The position numbers and the translations under genes are program-made. 64,000 bases of DNA from an uncultured bacterium (GTDB taxonomy: Bacteria; Hydrothermota; UBA3073; NMUJ01; CBEVQO01), in NCBI GenBank assembly GCA_965552055.1, contig CBEVQO010000002.1, forward strand, positions 430,796 through 494,795, given 5' to 3'. Shown here piece after piece: positions 58,501 to 64,000 of the stretch; within the stretch, counting starts at the first letter, position 1; each line of letters opens with the position of its first letter. A model generated the notes under the pieces. That model was not told the DNA's origin. It was given only the letters and a program-made list of their open reading frames with translations, and did no database searches.

Positions 58501-61227
58501 ATCGCTCCACACGGGGATTGAATATTCCTCGGTATATACCGTATCCGAAGCAATTTCATAATAGGGGTCGGGCTCTACCATTATTTTTTCGAAACAATAC
58601 AACCGAAATTCATATTTCCTGTAAGGCTGTGATGCAAATGTGTAATTTTGAGTATTTGATGACAAAAATACTTTTTGCCATGAATTTTCTCCTTCTTCTT
58701 TCCACATCAATACACAGTAATCTTCGTATTTTGAGTTGTCTTTCCATTTTAATTCAATTTCATCATAACCTATTGCATCGGCTGTAAAATCAGAAGGTGC
58801 ATTTGGCTTCAAATATATGGAAGTGGATTCGTATGCAGAGTATAGTGTTTCGGTTGTTGCATAAAATGCACATAATTTTAAAATATTTGTTCCAAGCAGT
58901 AGTTCTATAGTTGTATCCGAAGTATTTGCAGGGAAGATGATTTTTTCTCTGACACCATGTTCACGATTAAACCATTCAAGCAGATATCCCGTTTCGTAAT
59001 TTGATCTGTCGCACCATTTTAAATTAACTGTGGCTTCGTCCAATGGCACTGCAACGAAGTTAGAAGGTGCATTGGGAACCACTTTTGCAGATGTATCACA
59101 GGGCTCGGAATAAATCGTATCCCCATCTCTCTCCAAATAAATTGCCTTTACTGTGATATGCCATTTGCCGAAACTGAGTGAATCTGTGATGTAGGAGAAA
59201 GAGTCTGCGGGCACAAAAGCAGAAAAGAAATCACCATCGGCAGGCTCTCCGGGATAGAGATGCCTCTGCCCATAGATATAAAATCCATTATGTAATTTAT
59301 CATAATCCCACTCTATTTTCAATATTCGCTCAACGATTTGATGTGCTTTTAAATCATTAACAGGATAGAAATAATTGGGCTGACATTTTACGGAATCGGA
59401 AAATGCAGAAGCATGCCCCTTATCATCAATTGCCCTAACCTTAAAGTAATACTCTTTGTGGTAATCAAGGTTATCAACAATTGCACAGGTAGTATCACTA
59501 ACGGTATCAACCTGCCAGTTATTACTCATAACCTCTTTATGCCATATTTCGTAACCTGTGTTCTTTCGAGAGTTATCGCACCATGTTAATTTTACATTGC
59601 TGTAATCGATGGCTTTTACTGCAAAATTAGTTGGCTTTAATAAAAATACAGGAAGGTCAATTTTTACTATGTTTGAGTAATGTGAGAGTGCATCCACATT
59701 CTCTTTGTAAGCTCTTACCTCAAATTTGTATTCATGCCCTGTTTCAAGTGTAATATCGCGCTGAATATAATAATCCCTCTTCCACGAATTAGGCGTAGGG
59801 ATAGTAGTGAGCAATGTAAAATCACCACCATCGACTGAATAATAAATTTTCCAGTGAGATTCAAGATTTGAATTGTCTTTCCATTGCAAACGAATTCTGC
59901 CAGCCTCTGGGTCAAGAATCTGTGCAGTCAAATTCGAAGGAGGGTTGAGTTTGCCATAGACTTTAACTATGCGAAAAGAAGCTTTATCTTGCAATACCCA
60001 TCCTGAACCTCCGTAAAAACATTGACCCGTCTCGATAACTTTGAAAAGATGTATTCCATTTCTTTCAGCAAAATCTTCTCTATCTTTATGGGTATGTCCA
60101 GCGAACCATCCTAATATATTCGGGCAATAATTATATTTAATTAAGGAGTCCGCTATCCTGTTATAGTCTTCAGCTGAAAAAGAATCCCACCACCATAAGA
60201 ATTCTCCTGTTTTTCGAAATGGATGGTGTGCAAATATTAAAACATTCTTTTTATTAACATGATTCATTAACCATTCATAATTACCCCCGTTTCCCCACAA
60301 TACTTTTGCAGTGAAATTTTTAGTACCTTCCCATACAGTTGGAGGGTAATCATGATGATTAAAATCTAAACAAAGAAATCTTTTATCTTCAATTTCAAAA
60401 TAAAAATCAATAAACCAATATTCCTCTCCTGAATTGGGGTCATATACCGGGAGTTCTGCCATCTCGCAATTGCATTCCTTTAAAATTTCTTTAAATAAAT
60501 TATAATAAACATATTTAAACACATCATAAAAAAGTCTTTGTTCTTCAGAAATAGAATAGCCACATACTCCTACATCATGATTCCCTCTTAATGGTACATA
60601 AAATAATCCTTTTTCTACAAAGCCCTCCAATGTATTTATATTGTTTAATATCACTTTTGCTGTTTCTAATTCTGCGATTTTACTTGTATAAGCAATATGG
60701 TCACTATGAGATAAATCTCCCAACACCATTAAGAATTTGGGATCTAAATATTCATAATCATCCAGTATATCATTAATGTAAACCAACATCTCACGCAATT
60801 GTTTTTTATGTGAACCTGTCCGCGTTACATGTGGATCCGTGATTATAATAAAAGAATAAAGAAAATCTCCGTTACCTACTCTTGTAAACCTAGTAAATTC
60901 GCAATCCATCTCAATTAACCTATCGGACTCCTCTTCAGCAGGTATTTTTACCACTTTGAGCCATTGATGTCCCATTTTTACAGCAACTATATAATAAGCC
61001 ACACTATCATAATGATAGGTCGCATAAGTAACTGAAAATGTCGCTTCTCCATTTTTTGATGTATATTGCGATCCTATGTACTTTGTGGCCCATATCCTAC
61101 CTGAAATATGACGAGATACATAAAGATGCACTTTTATATCCCTCGCAGTAGGATAGATCCGGATAGTTAGATTATATCCAAATACTTGTACAGAAATCAG
61201 CCACATAATACAACAATATTTTTTCAT
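55552..61227 (-). CDS. 1891-aa secreted protein: calcineurin-like metallophosphoesterase + FN3 repeats + CP..EN domain + T9SS-type CTD
   Basis: TDPH, GD, GNHD, HH, GHTH motifs; about 5 W.DNS FN3 units; PNP..IYDVTGR..GVYF..KFVK. Confidence 0.75.
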   Translation of the reverse strand: MKKYCCIMWLISVQVFGYNLTIRIYPTARDIKVHLYVSRHISGRIWATKYIGSQYTSKNGEATFSVTYATYHYDSVAYYIVAVKMGHQWLKVVKIPAEEESDRLIEMDCEFTRFTRVGNGDFLYSFIIITDPHVTRTGSHKKQLREMLVYINDILDDYEYLDPKFLMVLGDLSHSDHIAYTSKIAELETAKVILNNINTLEGFVEKGLFYVPLRGNHDVGVCGYSISEEQRLFYDVFKYVYYNLFKEILKECNCEMAELPVYDPNSGEEYWFIDFYFEIEDKRFLCLDFNHHDYPPTVWEGTKNFTAKVLWGNGGNYEWLMNHVNKKNVLIFAHHPFRKTGEFLWWWDSFSAEDYNRIADSLIKYNYCPNILGWFAGHTHKDREDFAERNGIHLFKVIETGQCFYGGSGWVLQDKASFRIVKVYGKLNPPSNLTAQILDPEAGRIRLQWKDNSNLESHWKIYYSVDGGDFTLLTTIPTPNSWKRDYYIQRDITLETGHEYKFEVRAYKENVDALSHYSNIVKIDLPVFLLKPTNFAVKAIDYSNVKLTWCDNSRKNTGYEIWHKEVMSNNWQVDTVSDTTCAIVDNLDYHKEYYFKVRAIDDKGHASAFSDSVKCQPNYFYPVNDLKAHQIVERILKIEWDYDKLHNGFYIYGQRHLYPGEPADGDFFSAFVPADSFSYITDSLSFGKWHITVKAIYLERDGDTIYSEPCDTSAKVVPNAPSNFVAVPLDEATVNLKWCDRSNYETGYLLEWFNREHGVREKIIFPANTSDTTIELLLGTNILKLCAFYATTETLYSAYESTSIYLKPNAPSDFTADAIGYDEIELKWKDNSKYEDYCVLMWKEEGENSWQKVFLSSNTQNYTFASQPYRKYEFRLYCFEKIMVEPDPYYEIASDTVYTEEYSIPVWSDVDKALFANNNRKFDPPVLMFTKQGKIWLSQNLNAPFREEPLQNGRCPACVSQYSYAWIETEGNKEYLKIKTYYPDEIRAVDTITINIYPRKYFSTPSLWFTDRPYLTVEKLSVPLTGGRSWSLIYIDCTKLPADVYGASGAPGTYLYNYRKYKIASREEIGIVEIDTGHYIASPSIAVKDSFVFIAFSVNDSLFLTRIRKMPWNRFMSFRVCDSIVIDTIMFVSKGEHPSMDISSSGDLWLSWVKDDTIYWALIEPVYQSASTSSYTLAYIPPQPDDIASPEPEPEPEPEYTPAFIIHRLENLPSYSSNFPQILAEKGLVWMQKEGGIWRIKLAKWDAGSENWETPQTVSGDTNCYHPQIGIKDDEIYVAYTRGDKAPYEIKFYSTEEIPAPSPSPPEKPSHCPILATFVDSIYIVENNILNPFRDYFIDFYPIRFSPSAVSGKYKFTIFEGHRDRVYLDGVALIVVEHPESVKIGLTSSGKIFGYDKISHPLFCYNQCGQSVLSLVKYADGWRYRGDEKDVLFVCFDISGMGEDIAIRFTNQLEAPSRPPEYPEIPPEEIPSPEAIKKEIEAGNIVIFPEDAPYQCERVMGAYPPVQFEVMAEGEIFYQREIPAPHYLLIHVPQGQSGYLWLRVNYPCAFALDEIVACNVTENITPTLIYPQSAKHSIEGEMKDKLCDTNRTFVQLRIGERLDIEFDTIPHTQKLSFIFVSAGYYRQEFPPLCRVRYVKENLQNMEVDMRCVRNKLNRAIKELVFAESTFSDSWHCVNRTFIRINKSVLKMKEAARLLKIRGKGRNGEIDSLRSWSFLLAEACDLLTLQKMREVNLTNTVRDSLFRLAIKAIKKGRDYYNTPAPDMQILGIEWYCYNLAITGFHTAYVLLSAMEHVCRGGVQSKFDFDKVKFRTMPNPVRDYLTVRYYLPDKIKVRFRIYDVTGRVVEEKSLYDAGDGIIKMRVKHLPQGVYFLHIDAESQKLIKKFVKIH

Positions 61228-61763
61228 TTTAACCTCCTTCCTATACTTAGTTTAACTCCAGCACCGTAGTAAATAACAGTGGACGATGTGGTAATAAATA
61301 TAACCTCAGGATGAATTATGGCACAAAGTTTGTACATCTGAAAATTATACATAAATTCTTTACCCAATGATAACTTAACACAGCTTTCTTCTGGTAACAT
61401 GCCGACAGCAAAGGATAAAGGTTCCCTCCCTGCTCCTATATAAAATAAACTTGTCCCTATTGTTAATAAAAAATTCCGCGACAATTCAAGAGAAATAGAT
61501 AAAGGAATAACTTCAGCTACTCCTCCAAATATTCCAGCGAGTCCTATCTCGCAAATTGCTCCTCTTGTGTAAAATTTAAAATTTAAAACTTTAAAATCCC
61601 ACATAGGACCAACTTTGTCCTCTGTCAATATATTGTAGCCATAGCCATTAAAACCACCCGTTTCCCAAAATTCCAGAACTACTTTTTTCCAGCCTTTTCC
61701 ATGTAAATGTAAGTAACAGCACACGCCTAATATTATCAAAAAAGTCCTCATTTTGACCTCCAC
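61224..61763 (-). CDS. Small exported beta-strand-rich protein (putative OM barrel)
   Basis: Signal-like N-terminus; alternating hydrophobic strands; paralogous to next gene. Confidence 0.55.
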   Translation of the reverse strand: MEVKMRTFLIILGVCCYLHLHGKGWKKVVLEFWETGGFNGYGYNILTEDKVGPMWDFKVLNFKFYTRGAICEIGLAGIFGGVAEVIPLSISLELSRNFLLTIGTSLFYIGAGREPLSFAVGMLPEESCVKLSLGKEFMYNFQMYKLCAIIHPEVIFITTSSTVIYYGAGVKLSIGRRLK

Positions 61764-62260
61764 CCTATACTCATTTCAAACCCTCCTATTAAATACATTT
61801 CCCCTATTTTATTAAATTCCAAAAATGGACGAAATTCAACGAAACTATTAGAAATATATTTTAGTGCCCTTTTGCCTATTCTCGCCCTTATACAAAGTTC
61901 CTTTTCTCTATAATAAATCCAGAATAACATTCCGAAAGTATAACCATTCTCATTTGAGGCAATTAGACATAAACTTGTCTCTAATTCCAATATGAGATTA
62001 AAGGGCAGTTTATAACAAAAAGAAATAGGAATAATTTCAAAGTAATGGGAAGATAGTGTGAGATGTCCTATGCTTAAAATTGTTCGTTTAAACTCAAATT
62101 CTGTGTTTAAAAGTCGTAAACCGTAAGCCCTTTTGAACTTAAATAACTCACTGCTTTCCATAATCAATGTTCCTCCCCAAAACTCAATTAGCTTAATTTT
62201 TGCTTCTTCCGGTTTAAACTGAAGCAGTGCTATCAAAATCCACAACATTTCATTATTCAC
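61748..62260 (-). CDS. Small exported beta-strand-rich protein (putative OM barrel)
   Basis: Collinear motifs shared with 61224..61763. Confidence 0.55.
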   Translation of the reverse strand: MNNEMLWILIALLQFKPEEAKIKLIEFWGGTLIMESSELFKFKRAYGLRLLNTEFEFKRTILSIGHLTLSSHYFEIIPISFCYKLPFNLILELETSLCLIASNENGYTFGMLFWIYYREKELCIRARIGKRALKYISNSFVEFRPFLEFNKIGEMYLIGGFEMSIGWRSK

Positions 62261-62865
62261 TTATAATCCACCAAGGTTTTACATAGCCATACTCTTGGAA
62301 ATTCGTCTTTTATAATTCCTACACCATCCGCAAGCCATAATCTCCTTACCACTCTTTCTTTATAAGAATAGAAATCCAGCCTTACACAAATAAATGTACC
62401 GGCAGGAGTAACTACAGTCTCTTCAGTGTCTGCCACTACGATAACAAGGCCCACTTCACTTCTCGGATATAATAAATAATGCCAAGTGTCACCTACTATT
62501 ATAGGCAATTTCGCAAGAGTACACGCCAAAACTGTATCAAATTCTTTTTCAATATCCGAACGCAGCTCCAATATCTCATTCGGAGTATTAGAATAATAAA
62601 CAGTTTCTGGCTTGATAGAATAAAGATAAACAGAGAGACCACCTTTGTTCGCAGGAAGCGCCCTGCAAGTCTCAATATATGTAGTCTCTACCAACAAAAT
62701 AGTGTCTCCGAAATTAAATCCTTTTTTCACCTCATAAACCCACATTCTATCAGATGCCAGTGGAAAATATTCAGCCTCAAGTACGTTTAAAAGTAACGAG
62801 CCTATTAGTACTAAACCCCTTTTTGCTATAAACTTTTTAATTTTTCTTACCCCCGCCAAAACCAT
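62257..62865 (-). CDS. Uncharacterised exported protein (YFPL..W.Y / TPAGTF / W.A.GVG family)
   Basis: Recurrent motif set; SD AGGAGGGAG. Confidence 0.6.
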   Translation of the reverse strand: MVLAGVRKIKKFIAKRGLVLIGSLLLNVLEAEYFPLASDRMWVYEVKKGFNFGDTILLVETTYIETCRALPANKGGLSVYLYSIKPETVYYSNTPNEILELRSDIEKEFDTVLACTLAKLPIIVGDTWHYLLYPRSEVGLVIVVADTEETVVTPAGTFICVRLDFYSYKERVVRRLWLADGVGIIKDEFPRVWLCKTLVDYK

Positions 62866-62882
62866 ACTCCCTCCTTTTTACC

Positions 62883-62909
62883 ATTTTAATCACCTTTTTT
62901 TTTCGTCAA
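62883..62909 (-). promoter_or_regulatory. promoter TTGACG-N15-TAAAAT
   Basis: Upstream of the SD of 62865. Confidence 0.65.
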
Positions 62910-63101
62910 GAGGAAATTTGATTTTATGATGCGAAGCAAATTTATACTCTCACCAAAATCTCCCAGACTTTTATCAATTTTTATCACTGCGTATTTCCTC
63001 ATATTTTCAAGGCTTAGAAATCTCATTTTTGTAACAATTGCAAGGAATTGTACAAAATTGACCCCCTCTATATTCTTCCCCGAAAAGCGGAGATAAGAGT
63101 C

Positions 63102-63998
63102 TTAACAGCTATGCAACCCATTATAATCCCACTCTATTTTTAATATTCGCTCAACGATTTGATCCACACTTAAATTACTAACAGAGTAAAAGTAAAAAGG
63201 CTCGCATTCAACGGAATCGGAGAACGAAGAAAAATTTCCTTCATTGTCAATCGCCCTCACTTTGAAATAATAGGTTTTATGATAATCAAGATTTGACATA
63301 ATTACAGATGTTGTGTCACCAATAGTGTCAACCTGCCACTCGCCACCAGCAGGCTTATACCATATTTCATAGCCCGTATTCTTCTTTGAGTTATCGCACC
63401 ACTCGAGTTTTACTTCGGAATAGGATAGGGGAAAAGCAGTGAGTGAGGTGGGTTTAGCGAGAAGGGTATTTATTTTGATATATCTGCCATCGTAAGACCT
63501 TCTTTTACTTTGTATAACTTCAAGATACAAACAACCTTCCCATTCAAATAATTCAGGTATATTTAGAGGATATTCGTATATACCTGGCCGTATTTTAAAA
63601 TCGGTTGCTATCAGACTATCCTTGAGATAAAAGTTAACATAATACTCGTAAAATCCAGCAGTTGAGTATTTCACTTTGCATTCGCTTACATCTGTCCATT
63701 CTTCATTTTCTGCAGGTGAAAGTATATTGACCGACCATGCCCCTGTGATATTTATTTTCACCTGGTCATAATTAGAATGACCATCACTGAAGACCCTAAC
63801 CACTATATAAACTGGTGAGGCTGTTACTTTTGGAGTAAACGAAAATGTGTCTGTCCATGAAGGCGAAGGATTGGGATTTGTTATCTCTGCTATTGTATCA
63901 ACGAATGGGCTGTAAAATCCCAGATATCTGCATTCTATAATTGCGCTTGTGAGATTGTGCTCATAACATTCAGGGGTATCGCACCATGCTTTAAACGA
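63102..63998 (-). CDS. FN3-domain protein, 5' end outside window, apparently C-terminally truncated (possible pseudogene)
   Basis: Frame open to the window edge; last about 110 aa closely match the protein encoded at about 59290-59640, then the ORF stops mid-domain. Confidence 0.6.
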   Translation of the reverse strand, partial: SFKAWCDTPECYEHNLTSAIIECRYLGFYSPFVDTIAEITNPNPSPSWTDTFSFTPKVTASPVYIVVRVFSDGHSNYDQVKINITGAWSVNILSPAENEEWTDVSECKVKYSTAGFYEYYVNFYLKDSLIATDFKIRPGIYEYPLNIPELFEWEGCLYLEVIQSKRRSYDGRYIKINTLLAKPTSLTAFPLSYSEVKLEWCDNSKKNTGYEIWYKPAGGEWQVDTIGDTTSVIMSNLDYHKTYYFKVRAIDNEGNFSSFSDSVECEPFYFYSVSNLSVDQIVERILKIEWDYNGLHSC

Positions 63999-64000
63999 GA

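Noticed and set aside
259..62790. Numerous 60-160 aa antisense or alternate-frame ORFs in the track
   Set aside because: Nested within well-supported genes, with no motifs or start signals
62886..63026. 46-codon minus-strand ORF and imperfect inverted repeats at about 63025-63100
   Set aside because: No SD or recognisable motif and it runs through a promoter; the hairpins are imperfect, so neither a terminator nor a MITE can be supported
1..64000. CRISPR array, IS/transposase, integrase, prophage or known defence genes
   Set aside because: No regularly spaced repeats or recognisable motifs; no duplicated tRNA 3' ends (att sites) seen

Overview
AT-rich, very compact bacterial chromosome segment. 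It is most consistent with a thermophilic, anaerobic FCB-superphylum lineage such as candidate division WOR-3; this is inferred from SprA, PorV and T9SS-CTD genes, archaeal-type enzymes and GC-rich structural RNAs in AT-rich DNA. It carries housekeeping genes (rph, rluD, rpsO, dgt, murB, wecB, tsaC, malic enzyme, aminotransferase), a lipoate-carrier/ligase/CCG/LUD/Ldh2 operon, hdrBC, rnfDG, a His-type thi4, a 16 kb TonB-receptor/PorV/CTD-cargo operon, sprA with wza/wzz-like genes, large FN3 secreted proteins, five tRNAs, an orphan 5S rRNA and a candidate structured ncRNA. No CRISPR array, transposase or integrase was seen. The strongest unexplained signals are: (1) 15 intergenic sigma70-like promoters, all with a 15-nt -35/-10 spacer rather than about 17; (2) frequent leaderless genes; (3) tRNA/5S genes embedded within 0-9 nt of coding genes; (4) very short, mostly uncharged N-terminal hydrophobic segments on secreted proteins. 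All family calls come from motif recognition by eye; no database searches were run.
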